Source: Dimorphilus gyrociliatus (lineage: Eukaryota; Animalia; Annelida). Taken from it: a DNA stretch of 33,974 nt. Positions within the stretch are counted from its first letter, which is position 1. Each line of letters opens with the position of its first letter. Where the stretch lies: the NCBI GenBank assembly GCA_904063045.1, contig CAJFCJ010000288.1, positions 1 through 33,974 of the forward strand, in the 5' to 3' direction. This document shows, piece by piece, positions 1 through 9,504 of this stretch. The position numbers and the translations under genes are program-made. The notes under the pieces were generated by a model. The model saw only the letters and a program-made list of their open reading frames with translations, searched no databases and had not been told where the DNA came from.

Positions 1-1873
1 CTTTCTTTTCTAGTTTATCTAAAAGTGAAGAATGGTTTGAAGCAATTGCTCCAATTGCATGAATGAGTTTTATTTTATTAAAAGTGTAAATTTTTTTATC
101 ATTTGATTTTTCTTGACTAGAATTTCTATTCTTGGAAACATGACTTAGAAAATTTAAAAATTTAGAACAGTGTTTTTCTGGTTCTTTGCTCTTATAAAAC
201 ATTTTAATACTTAAATCAATTACTTCCAAATCTAGAAAATTAATCTTAACACAATTTTTGTTAATTAAATCTACAACTTCATCACTTAAATTAGTTTTTC
301 TATAAGAAAGTATATTTTTATAAACTATTAAATTATTTTTTAATTCTTCTTCATTTTTACTTTGAAATAAAATCATAGAGACTTTCTTTAGAACGTCTAA
401 ATAACTAAAAGATATAAAATCTCTAAGATTGAAGTATTTTATAATTCTTGAACAACTGAGTATATTTTTAGATTCGTAAATATCAGCTATTACTTTATTA
501 ATTATATTCTTTGGAATTATATATTGTATATCAATCATTATCTTAGATGAAATATTTGAAAGTATAAAAATATATTCATTTTCTGTAATTTGAACATTTT
601 GAAAAATTTCTCTTAATGGTTTCATTATTACTTCTTTGTTGTTATTTTCAATTATACAATTAAGGAAGTTAAATACTTTTTTATTATATTCTAAATTATT
701 TTTATCATCAATTAACATACAAACTATAATCATAAATATATATTCAATTACATCAAAAATATCAGTTTTATAAAAATACAATACAGAATTCAATAACTCT
801 AATGATTTAAATATAGAATCTATATAAAGATTGAGATGTTTAGAATAAATTTCCCTGTCATCAATTTTTTTTCCCATTTCATCTAAAGACTCTTTCTTTT
901 TGAGAAATTGTTGATATTTTTCACAATAAATTGATAATTTTCTGTTAAAAGTAAATGGATTGTTAGTAATTGTAGATTTTAAAAAAGAAAGTGCTTTTTT
1001 TCTGACAATTACTGACTTGTCTTTAAGTCTTTTAATAACATCATTTATTATTTCTTGTCTATTTTTTAAAAGAATTACATTTTCATCAAATAATTCAGTA
1101 AAAAGAGAAATTGATTTAGATCTGACAGAAAAGTGAGAATCAAGAAGTCTCTCTCTCATAATTTCAGTATGTTCTTCTAATAGTTTAATATATTCTTTAG
1201 ATTCTGTAGTCTTATTAGATATTAAAATATTATTAAATATTTGAAGATATGAAATTCTAGTAAAGTAATTTTGATTGCATAAATAATTTTCAAATTTTAT
1301 TTTATTTTTTAAAAAAAATTCAGAATTTTGAACAGAAATTTCAATTAAAAAATTTACAATATTTTTACTTTCCAACTGATTTAAAAGTGATTCTAAAAAT
1401 GTATTATTATGTTCTAACAATGATTTTATATTTTCTTTAGAACCATCTTTATTTAAAAATTCTATTACATAATCATCAATGCTATTAAAATATTTTAAAA
1501 TAAATAAAATTTTATCTTTTAAAGAATTTGAATTATTTTTTATAAAATAAAGAATATCAAATAAAATTGTAAGTATTTCTTCTCTGTCTTGTATACTTAA
1601 TTCTTTTAATTTAGTTTCTAAAACGTTATTTTCAGAAGAACTAAAAAATATTTTTTTATATAAAAAATCTAAAATTGAATTCAAAGAATTAAAATTTTGT
1701 AAAGTTAGGTTTTTTGTTACTTTAGAAATTAAAGGAAGAACAGAAACTCTATCATCAGAATATTTTATAATTTTTTTTATTAGTAATTCTGGGTTGTTTG
1801 ATGGATTATTAACTGCTTCTTTGTAATCTTCATAGTTTTCACTAACATTACAATTTAAGTTTTCAATTTTCAT
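1..1873 (-). CDS. YCS4: Condensin complex subunit 1 (Cnd1/YCS4/CAP-D2), N-terminal ~624 aa; continues off the left edge
   Basis: Missing from the ORF track because it has no stop in the window. Manual translation from ATG at 1873 (CCCTTA upstream) is open to base 1. It includes HEAT-like motifs RERLLDSHFSVRSKSISLF, IKRLKDKSVIVRKKALSFL, NNPF and KLIHAIGAIA, which match the CAP-D2 pattern (RL.D...VRSK; RL.DKS..VRK.A). Confidence 0.8.
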   Translation of the reverse strand, partial: MKIENLNCNVSENYEDYKEAVNNPSNNPELLIKKIIKYSDDRVSVLPLISKVTKNLTLQNFNSLNSILDFLYKKIFFSSSENNVLETKLKELSIQDREEILTILFDILYFIKNNSNSLKDKILFILKYFNSIDDYVIEFLNKDGSKENIKSLLEHNNTFLESLLNQLESKNIVNFLIEISVQNSEFFLKNKIKFENYLCNQNYFTRISYLQIFNNILISNKTTESKEYIKLLEEHTEIMRERLLDSHFSVRSKSISLFTELFDENVILLKNRQEIINDVIKRLKDKSVIVRKKALSFLKSTITNNPFTFNRKLSIYCEKYQQFLKKKESLDEMGKKIDDREIYSKHLNLYIDSIFKSLELLNSVLYFYKTDIFDVIEYIFMIIVCMLIDDKNNLEYNKKVFNFLNCIIENNNKEVIMKPLREIFQNVQITENEYIFILSNISSKIMIDIQYIIPKNIINKVIADIYESKNILSCSRIIKYFNLRDFISFSYLDVLKKVSMILFQSKNEEELKNNLIVYKNILSYRKTNLSDEVVDLINKNCVKINFLDLEVIDLSIKMFYKSKEPEKHCSKFLNFLSHVSKNRNSSQEKSNDKKIYTFNKIKLIHAIGAIASNHSSLLDKLEKK

Positions 1874-1880
1874 TAAGGGT
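1874..1880 (-). promoter_or_regulatory. Microsporidian CCC-like initiation signal (this is one example; it recurs upstream of most ATGs)
   Basis: CCC lies within about 2-12 nt of the ATG for Cnd1, RFWD3, NOP58, Tc1, the Nse1-like gene, RPS21, 14977, Merlin-2, -3 and -4, 17695, 28873, 32078 and CCR4. GGGG lies before the LRR gene. Confidence 0.75.
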
Positions 1881-2013
1881 TAAAATAATTAAAAAAGTTA
1901 AAAAATTAAAATAATAGATTTATATAATTTATATAAATGAGATATTTATAACATTTATTAAATTCTATATAATTTATTATCGTGTTAAAAGAAAAGATTT
2001 TTTTTAAAATAAA

Positions 2014-2312
2014 TACTTAAAAATTACTATTGAATAATTTACTAAAATTTGTATACTTAAAAACATTGTTGAATAATTAATTAAAATTTTTATACTTAAA
2101 AATATTGTTGAATAATTAATTAAAGTTTGTATAGTCAAAAACTATTGTTGAATAATTAATTAAAATTTTTATAGTCAAAAACTATTGTTGAATAATTAAT
2201 TAAAATTTTTATATTTAAAAACTATTGTTGAATAATTAATTAAAATTTTTATATTTAAAAATATTGTTGAATAATTAATTAAAGTTTGTATATTTAAAAA
2301 TATTGTTGAATA
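2014..2312. repeat. Tandem minisatellite, ~7.5 copies of a 39-40 bp unit (AAAAA(C)TATTGTTGAATAATTAATTAAA(A/G)TTT(T/G)TATA...)
   Basis: Head-to-tail copies are directly visible, with point variants and no unique spacers. Confidence 0.9.
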
Positions 2313-2550
2313 GTTTATTTTTCTAAAATTGATTCTCTTTATCATTATTTCTAATTATTTCACATATAATTTTTTGTTCTTTTTCTAATTTATCTATACT
2401 AGAATATAATAATTTTAATTTATGTTTAAGTTTTATTTTTTTTTCTAAAAGTTCAGTTAAACTTGAATACATTTTTAGGGTCGGTTTTTTTAATTCTAAT
2501 GTTTAAGTTTTTGTCAGAATATAATTTATATTTAAAAAATAAAGGTTATT

Positions 2551-2632
2551 GTCAGTATGGCCGAGTGGTTAAGGCGTTAGACTTGAAATCTAATGGGCTT
2601 TGCCCGCGCAGGTTCAAATCCTGCTGCTGACG
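2551..2632 (+). tRNA. tRNA-Ser (anticodon TGA)
   Basis: Acceptor stem GTCAGTA/TGCTGAC with discriminator G. D-arm GCCGAGTGGTTAAGGC. Anticodon stem TTAGA/TCTAA with TGA at 2584-2586. Long variable arm GGGC-TTT-GCCC, T-arm GGTTCAAATCC, then a T7 Pol III terminator. Confidence 0.97.
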
Positions 2633-2719
2633 TTTTTTTATAAAATTTTAAATTATTATTTTTTATGTGATTTTTTTATTTTAAACTATTTTTTAAATAT
2701 TAAGTTATTTATAATTTTT

Positions 2720-3955
2720 TTATTGAATTTTAATATAATTAAATTTATCATTTGTTAAAACTAATAATCCATCACTTGTAAAACAAAAATCAATAATTTC
2801 ATTTTCAAATCTTATTCTTTTAACTATAACATTAATTTTATAATCAAAAATTAATAAATTATTTGAAAAACAACAAAAAATATAATTCTTTGTTATTTTA
2901 TCTCTAATTCTTTTGTAATGTGTTATTTCAGAATCTGAACAAATTAATTTTTTATTATTTTCATAAATAGAATATTTTATATTACCGTTTTCTCTATATG
3001 TTTCTAATATATTGTTATTATACTTATGAATGTTTATTGTTACATTCTTTGAAAGTTGAACTACTTTTTCATCGTAAAAGAATAGACCTGAAATTGTACC
3101 ACAGAATATTCCTTTTTCAGTAAACTCTATAGAATGAATAGGAAATTGACAAATGTTTATTTTTTCGTGCGTATTTGTTCTTACATTACAATAATATACA
3201 AAGCCTTTGTTATCACCAAAGAATATCAATTCTCTATTTACTGAATGAAAACAACAGGATAAAAAATTATTCTCACTTTCTATAGAAAATAAGGTACGAC
3301 CATCTTTATTTAACATTCTACCTTTATTCTCAAATACTAATAAAAAGGCTCCGTCATAAAAATTACTTAATTTAAAATCTTTCTGTTTTCCTGAATTTTC
3401 ATATATTTTTAAATTATTGTTTGGATCTAAATAATCCAATAAAACTACTTTAAATTTATCATTTACTTGTGAAATAATATAAATATCTTCATTGATTGGA
3501 CAAAATGATATAATTGAATTTTTAGTATTTCTGTAAATAAAATTTCTAGTAATGGAAATATTATTCTGACTAATTTCTACATTATCAATCCACTTTAATA
3601 GTTGGTTTTCTTTATTTTTTTTATCATTTTGTTGACTAAGAATACTAATTATATTTTGTAATTCATTTACTTTATTTTGTAATTTTTTACAATTTTCTCT
3701 CTCCTCGTAAAGTTGTTCTAAAGTATTTTTTTCTTTATCAGATTCTCTACAAACTAATTTATTAGCAAAAATAACTCTAATCTGTGTTTTTCTACAAGAA
3801 ATAGCACAGGTTGGACAGGCAGCTGTTTTTTTCTTTCCAAACCATTTATTTATACAACTCTCTCCAAAAATATGACCACATTTTAAAGATGCTATTCTGT
3901 GGCTACCTACATTAGTATAAGTAAAATAACATATACTACATTTATCATCATCCAT
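2720..3955 (-). CDS. RFWD3: RING finger + WD40 E3 ubiquitin ligase, RFWD3-like (411 aa)
   Basis: N-terminal RING CSIC...HRIASLKCGHIFGESCINKW...CPTC, with the RFWD3-type CGH.FG..CI..W signature. A coiled coil and beta-propeller-like region follow. CCCCCT precedes the ATG. Confidence 0.8.
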   Translation of the reverse strand: MDDDKCSICYFTYTNVGSHRIASLKCGHIFGESCINKWFGKKKTAACPTCAISCRKTQIRVIFANKLVCRESDKEKNTLEQLYEERENCKKLQNKVNELQNIISILSQQNDKKNKENQLLKWIDNVEISQNNISITRNFIYRNTKNSIISFCPINEDIYIISQVNDKFKVVLLDYLDPNNNLKIYENSGKQKDFKLSNFYDGAFLLVFENKGRMLNKDGRTLFSIESENNFLSCCFHSVNRELIFFGDNKGFVYYCNVRTNTHEKINICQFPIHSIEFTEKGIFCGTISGLFFYDEKVVQLSKNVTINIHKYNNNILETYRENGNIKYSIYENNKKLICSDSEITHYKRIRDKITKNYIFCCFSNNLLIFDYKINVIVKRIRFENEIIDFCFTSDGLLVLTNDKFNYIKIQ

Positions 3956-4060
3956 AGGGGGTTTTATTATTTAAATTAGTTCTAAAAATTATTTTTTTTA
4001 AAATTAGATATGATTTTAATTTTTTTTAAAAAACAGATAATTTTAATTTTTTTAATTTTT

Positions 4061-5262
4061 TTAAAAACAAATGATTTTAAATTTTTTTGAAATAAAAAAC
4101 TTGTATTTTAAATAATAAAATTTATTTTTAACTCTTTTTTTCTTATTAACTTTTTCTTGGAAGACAACCAATTTATTTTCTAATTTTTCAATAGATGTTT
4201 TACCAAAAATATCTGTTCTATTACTACTGTTCTCATAATTATCTATTCTTGCTGCTAGTGCTATCTTGGATGCTAACATTCTACTAAACTTTCCTTTCAA
4301 ATTGGTAGGTGTTTTAGAGATAAGTGGACAACTAAAAATATAACCATATTTTGGTGTATCTGTTTTTGACTTTAGAGCAAAAAACAAAGCCTTTTCTGCT
4401 CCCATAATTTGGATAGAAGATCCTGCTAGTTTTGATAGATCTGATAAAGAACCTGCCTTTGCTATTAATTTAGCTCCAATGGTTTCTCCTGCTAAAATAG
4501 TTACATTAGGTGAAACTTCTATCATCTTATTTTTTAAATATTCTTGTAAATTATTTCTTGAAGAGAACATTTTTAAAACACAATCAACGTCTAAAAGAAT
4601 AGATTCTAAATCTTCTTCATTTATTTCTCCACCTATACTGTTTTTACTCTGTTTTTCTATTTCTTCTATCAAATCTTCACTAATTTCATTTTTTAATTCC
4701 TCAGGTTTGATATTATTTCTCGTTTTTATAATTTTTATAATTTTTAAATATTTTTCAGTATCAGTAATTATTATTTCTAGTTCAGGAAAATGTAAGGAAT
4801 ACCACTCTTTAAGTTTCATAGAATGAGAATTTATGTCTTTATCAAGATCTTCTAATAATTTAATAGTCTGAATAACAATTCTATCATTCTTTAGTATTTC
4901 ACTATCAAACTTAGAAGAAGCTAATTTATGAGCTAGCCAAATTCTTCTTAGGTTATTATTTTTGATTCTAAATTAGAATCTTGTGTATTTGTAGATTTTT
5001 CATTAAAGTGGTATTCTCTTACTTCTCTACTTATCTCTTGATCTTTATTAAACTTAAAATCTTCTATTTCTAAATTTTCTTCACAAATTACTTCAGTAAT
5101 TTTATTTTTTAATAAAATATTTTTAAGTTGTTCTTTTTTATGTTCAATGAAGTATTTAAAGGCATCTTCATTGTTTTGAAAGATATACTTATCTAAAAGT
5201 TCTATACTATTTGATTTATCATAGATATAAATTCCATTAACATTTTCAATTAAAACATGCAT
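4061..5262 (-). CDS. NOP58: Box C/D snoRNP protein NOP56/NOP58 family (NOP58-like favoured), ~400 aa, split by one frameshift at 4959-4963
   Basis: Nop-domain motifs DLDKDINSHSMKLKEWYSLHFPEL, GAKLIAKAGSL, SSIQIMGAEKALF, TPKYGYIF and GKFSRMLASK. ORFs 4948-5262 and 4061-4819 join into one frame if one A is added to the A5 run (ESK-NNNLRRIWLAHKL). NOP56 versus NOP58 cannot be settled by eye. Confidence 0.85.
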
Positions 5263-5339
5263 ATGAGGGGTTTCTTTTAAAATATTTATGTAGAATTTTT
5301 AAAACATTAAATTTCATAATAATAAATAAAAATTTAATT

Positions 5340-5500
5340 TTTTATAATTAGATATTTTAATTTTTTCATTTTTTCAGTTTTTCAGTTTTTCATTTTTTAT
5401 TTTTTATTTTTTCAGTTTTTATTTTTTCAGTTTTTCATTTTTTTAATTTTTTAATTTTTTTAATTTTTTCATTTTTTAATTTTTTTAATTTTTTTAATAT
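5340..5500. repeat. Low-complexity T-rich tandem repeat (TTTTTCAG/TTTTTTAAT-type, ~9-10 bp unit)
   Basis: Visible degenerate periodicity between the NOP gene start and the Tc1 element. Confidence 0.7.
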
Positions 5501-5545
5501 ACAATTCTATATATTTTATATTTTTTTATTATTAAACATTATATA

Positions 5546-7019
5546 CAGTGAGGGACAAAAAAAATGGGACACCCTAAAAAATGAGTTTAAAAAAGGTATA
5601 GCTAAAATGTAAAATAGTGATGTGGTCTTGTATTAATTAAATAAAAAATTTTTATAATTCATTATTTTTAAGGTCATATTTTTGTTGGGATTTGATGAAT
5701 TTTTTAAAAAACAGGGACAAAAAAAATGGGACACTTACTAAAAAATCCAATTTAATACTTAGTATGACCTCCTTTCATGTTAAATACAGCTTCTGCTCTT
5801 CTTGGCATACTATCTATAAGCTTTCTTATATATGCTAATGGTATATTATTCCATATTCGGGTTATTTCCTCCTTTAATTGATTGATTGATTTTATGTGTA
5901 TTTTTTCTAGCTTAGATTCTATAACCCCCCCATACGTGTTCTATTGGGTTCAAATCCGGACTCTGGGCTGGCCATTCTAATAATTTAATGTTCTTTTCGG
6001 TGAAAAACTCCATTGTTAACTTTGATTTATGACATGGAGCGTTATCTTGTTGAAAGATATGGTCTTTTATCAGGCGTTTGGTTCTTTCTAATTCAAAAAT
6101 ATTTGATAATAGACTAATATACTTCATGGAGTTCATTGTTCCTTCAATGAAAGTTAACTCACCTACACCTTCATAGCTAATATAGCCCCACACCATTACA
6201 CCTCCTCCACCAAATTTTACAATCTTTACTGTATTTGCATCATGGTACTCAGAATTTATTTTTCTGTACACTATAACTCTTTTGTTGCTATTGGATAAGC
6301 AAAATTTGCTTTCATCACTATAAATTATTTTTCTAAAAAAATCATCACTATTGAATAAAATCTTTTTCGAAAAATTTAGTCTTTGCAGTCTATGTAGACG
6401 AGATAAGAAAGACTTTCTCCGTGCTATTCTAGCATGTATTCCTCTACTCTTTAAACATCGTATAACTGTTTTTTTTGATACTTGAATATTAGCTTTTTCC
6501 TCAAGCTTTCTTGCTAGTTGATTTCCTACTAGTCTCGGATTTTCTTCTGATATTTTTTGTAAAACATCTATTTGGTCACTATCAAGCGATAGACGTCTAC
6601 CAGAACCTTTTTTTCTAAATATATCTCCATTATCCTTGATTTTTTTTACAATTCTTCCAATAGTAGATTTACTTATTTGCATTATCTCCGAGATTTTTCT
6701 GATGGAATACTTTGCTTTTCTTAATCCTAAAACCTCACCAATCTCTATTTTACTAATATGTTTTGCCATAGGGGATAAGTTTTAAGGTATTTTATAAAAA
6801 TTTTTAGCTCATTTTGTAACTTTTTAGTAAGTGTCCCATTTTTTTTGTCCCTGTTTTTTAAAAAATCCATCAAATCCCAACAAAAATATGACCTTAAAAA
6901 TAATGAATTATAAAAATTTTTTATTTAATTAATACAAGACCACATCACTATTTTACATTTTAGCTATACCTTTTTTAAACTCATTTTTTAGGGTGTCCCA
7001 TTTTTTTTGTCCCTCACTG
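5546..7019 (-). mobile_element. Tc1-family DNA transposon (DD34E), 1474 bp, 199-bp IR/DR-type TIRs, TA target duplication
   Basis: TIRs 5546-5744 and 6821-7019 start CAGTG and differ at one base. TA lies at 5544-5545 and 7020-7021. A 22-bp direct repeat AGGGACAAAAAAAATGGGACAC sits at the outer and inner end of each TIR. Confidence 0.95.
5752..6769 (-). CDS. Tc1 transposase, ~338 aa if the +1 frameshift in the G7 run (5925-5931) is corrected; otherwise truncated at 285 aa
   Basis: N-terminal HTH region. Catalytic D (YSDES), D (QQDNAP) and E (NPIE) with 34 residues between the last two. Removing one G gives VWGVIESKL...WNNIP...LIDSMPRRAEAVFNMKGGHTKY*, the canonical Tc1 C-terminus. Confidence 0.9.
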
Positions 7020-7042
7020 TAAGTATATCTTTTAAAAATATT

Positions 7043-8730
7043 TGTTGTATGTAATTGTGACCCCCATGTAATTTTGCCCCCATATAATATGGGTCGGGAT
7101 CGATATAACTTTTTGAAATAACTCAAATTAAACTTGTTTGAATTTTAAATTCGTTCTAAATTAGGAAAGGGTCTGGTATTTAATTGTGACCCCCTACCTA
7201 ATTACCATGAAATGATTTCTATATATGGATTTTAATCAGTATGGGAGGGTTGTAAAATAATTTTTAAAATAATTAATAAATTTTTTAATTTTGGTTTTTG
7301 CTACTATTTTCATCCTTCCATTACTATCACATAATATTAAAGTATTGTCATTATTAATTTGATGTACCTTATAAGTTTCTGTTTCATATAGAGAGTTTTC
7401 AATTATAGTACTGCTGTTTAGCCTACTAGGTCTGTAGTCTTTTAGTAATAAAACTTTATCTCCAATAATTATATTAGCAGAGTGGTTGGTTTCTTGTTCT
7501 CTCCTATAACTAGCTGCATATGACTGATCCTCTCCCTAACTATTATTGCGTTATTGTTCATGTTAGTGATTTGGTACAATATACTCGGGTTCTTTCCTCT
7601 AAATAAAATAAATGGCTTTGTTCTTTTTGCCCGGTGTGGTGTGTTATTATATCTATAAATTATTTCTTTTAAGTGTTTAGTCCATTGGAAAGTATTCCCT
7701 TCATTTACCCTTATCAACTTATCTTTTAAGGTTCTGTTAAAACGCTCCACTTGTCCTTGGCTCTGCGGATGATAGGGCCTTCCTCTTATATGCTTTACTG
7801 TATATTTTTCTAAAACATCTTTGACCCATTTATTCACAAATTCTCGTCCATTATCGGTGTGAATACTTTTCCATGGTCCTTCGCTTTGAAATAGTTTTTC
7901 AAGTATGTCGGCAAATATACAGCCATGCTTTGAAGCAACTGGATACACAAATCCAAATTTAGAAAATGAATCAATCATTGTATAGCAGTACTTCATCCCG
8001 CTATTTATATTAGAAAAGTTCGAAAAATCAATAAGGTCTACCATTAGTCTTTCATTAGCAGCAGTAGGTATGATTGCAGCAATTTTTTTTGTTATAACAG
8101 GTGGTTTAATTTTTTGACAAAATTCACACTTAGATACAAAACTTTTGACGTCAAGTTGTTTTATTCCATAATATTTCTCATTTATCAACATAAAAACCTT
8201 GTTTATGCCCAAATGATCTGGCTCATGGTATTTTTTAATTATTTTTTGTTTCAAAACCAGTTCATAATCACATATTACCAGTTTTTCCATATCATCTTTC
8301 CTTATAACGAGCTCACCATTTTTTAGACCTAAGTCTTTGATTCTCCTTCTAAAGCTCTTCTTTTGTTCCTTACTGAGACCTTCTTTGTATACTTTATGTA
8401 TGAGATATTTAACTATCAAAGTTTTTTCCTCTAATGATACTATCTTTATCAAACTACCCATACTTTATTAGAAAAAAAAAGGTTTTTATACATATTTAAT
8501 TATTTTAAAAAATTATTTTACAACCCTCCCATATGATTAAAATCCATATATAGAAATCATTTCATGGTAATTAGGTAGGGGGTCACAATTAAATACCAGA
8601 CCCTTTCCTAATTTAGAACGAATTTAAAATTCAAACAAGTTTAATTTGAGTTATTTCAAAAAGTTATATCGATCCCGACCCATATTATATGGGGGCAAAA
8701 TTACATGGGGGGTCACAATTACATGCAACA
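7043..8730 (-). mobile_element. TIR DNA transposon with Gypsy/Ginger-type integrase (Ginger-like), 1688 bp, TGT...ACA ends, ~234-bp TIRs, 15-bp flanking direct repeat
   Basis: TIRs 7043-7276 and 8496-8730 differ at about four positions. TCTTTTAAAAATATT occurs exactly at 7028-7042 and 8731-8745. No RT, RNaseH or LTR is present. Confidence 0.9.
7236..8461 (-). CDS. Retroviral-type integrase/transposase (HHCC + DDE + C-terminal GDKVLL domain); 330-aa ORF at 7469-8461, ~408 aa if a -1 frameshift near 7472-7535 is corrected
   Basis: Zinc motif YHEPDHLG...CEFCQ and catalytic motifs ERLMVDL, IHTDNGREF and PYHPQSQGQVERFNRTLK. The shifted frame continues YRREQE...IIGDKVLLLKD...YKVHQINNDNTLIL and stops inside the left TIR. 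Confidence 0.88.
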
Positions 8731-8778
8731 TCTTTTAAAAATATTCTATTTATAATTTATTTAATTATTTTTTTATTA

Positions 8779-9504
8779 TTAAATATTTAAAAATTCCTTT
8801 TTTTCTTTCTTTTTTACATTACAGAATGACAAATGTGTTTTATAACTAAATTCATTGGTTAATAATTTTTTATTACAAAAAGTACAAATTTTAGCCTTTA
8901 ATGTAATTTTACAAGGTTTTTTTTGTATTTTATTTATTTTTATTAATTCTGTTAAACTAATTCCAATCAATCTAATTCTTTCATTCTCTTCATAAAACTC
9001 TTCAATTAAAGAAACTGAATTATTAAAAATATCCTTAACTTCGTTTATAGGTCTTTTAAGTCTCTTTTGGTGTGTTTTTGCTGTAAAATCACTATATTTT
9101 AATTTTATTCTACAAACCATTGCTGAGTACTCTTCAAGTCTTTTTGAAATCTCTTTAGACAAGCTCCAAATTATATTATAAAAATATACTAAATCAGAAG
9201 TTGCAATAAAAGTTCTTTCTGCACCAACTGATACACTATTTCTACTTAAACACTTTTCTAGAAACTTACCATCAAAAATAGAAAGTCCGTATGAATATCG
9301 AAACAAAATATCGAAAGTTTTTTCTTTAAAAATAAAAGGCAGTAGATGAAGTTTATTTCTTAGATCCTTTACTTTTATTACTTTTAAAGTTTTAAATAAC
9401 ATCATTTTAGTAAATTCGCCTATTCCATTAATTTTATCTACATTCTGATCTTTTAGAAATTCATAAAAGTTAGAATTTAATACAAATTGTCCATCTGGTT
9501 TTTT
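8779..9504 (-). CDS. Y-family DNA polymerase (DinB/Pol kappa-like), C-terminal part; 5' portion lies in the N gap
   Basis: The frame is open from the gap edge: KKPDGQFVL...DKINGIGEFT...DL (thumb/HhH). Little-finger motifs SVGAERTF, IKLKYSDF and IRLIGISL follow, then a C-terminal C2HC UBZ (CTFC...HLSFC). Confidence 0.88.
   Translation of the reverse strand, partial: KKPDGQFVLNSNFYEFLKDQNVDKINGIGEFTKMMLFKTLKVIKVKDLRNKLHLLPFIFKEKTFDILFRYSYGLSIFDGKFLEKCLSRNSVSVGAERTFIATSDLVYFYNIIWSLSKEISKRLEEYSAMVCRIKLKYSDFTAKTHQKRLKRPINEVKDIFNNSVSLIEEFYEENERIRLIGISLTELIKINKIQKKPCKITLKAKICTFCNKKLLTNEFSYKTHLSFCNVKKKEKKEFLNI

Noticed and set aside
2014-2312. 39-40 bp array as a CRISPR
   Set aside because: There are no unique spacers and no cas genes, and the context is eukaryotic.
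4948-4970. Tiny spliceosomal intron explaining the NOP58 break
   Set aside because: There is no GT(A)AGT donor or branch/AG signal at the junction. A single-base indel explains it more simply.
7043-8730. LTR retrotransposon or Polinton assignment for the integrase element
   Set aside because: The ends are inverted rather than direct repeats. There is no gag, RT, RNaseH or DNA polymerase, and the element is only 1.7 kb.
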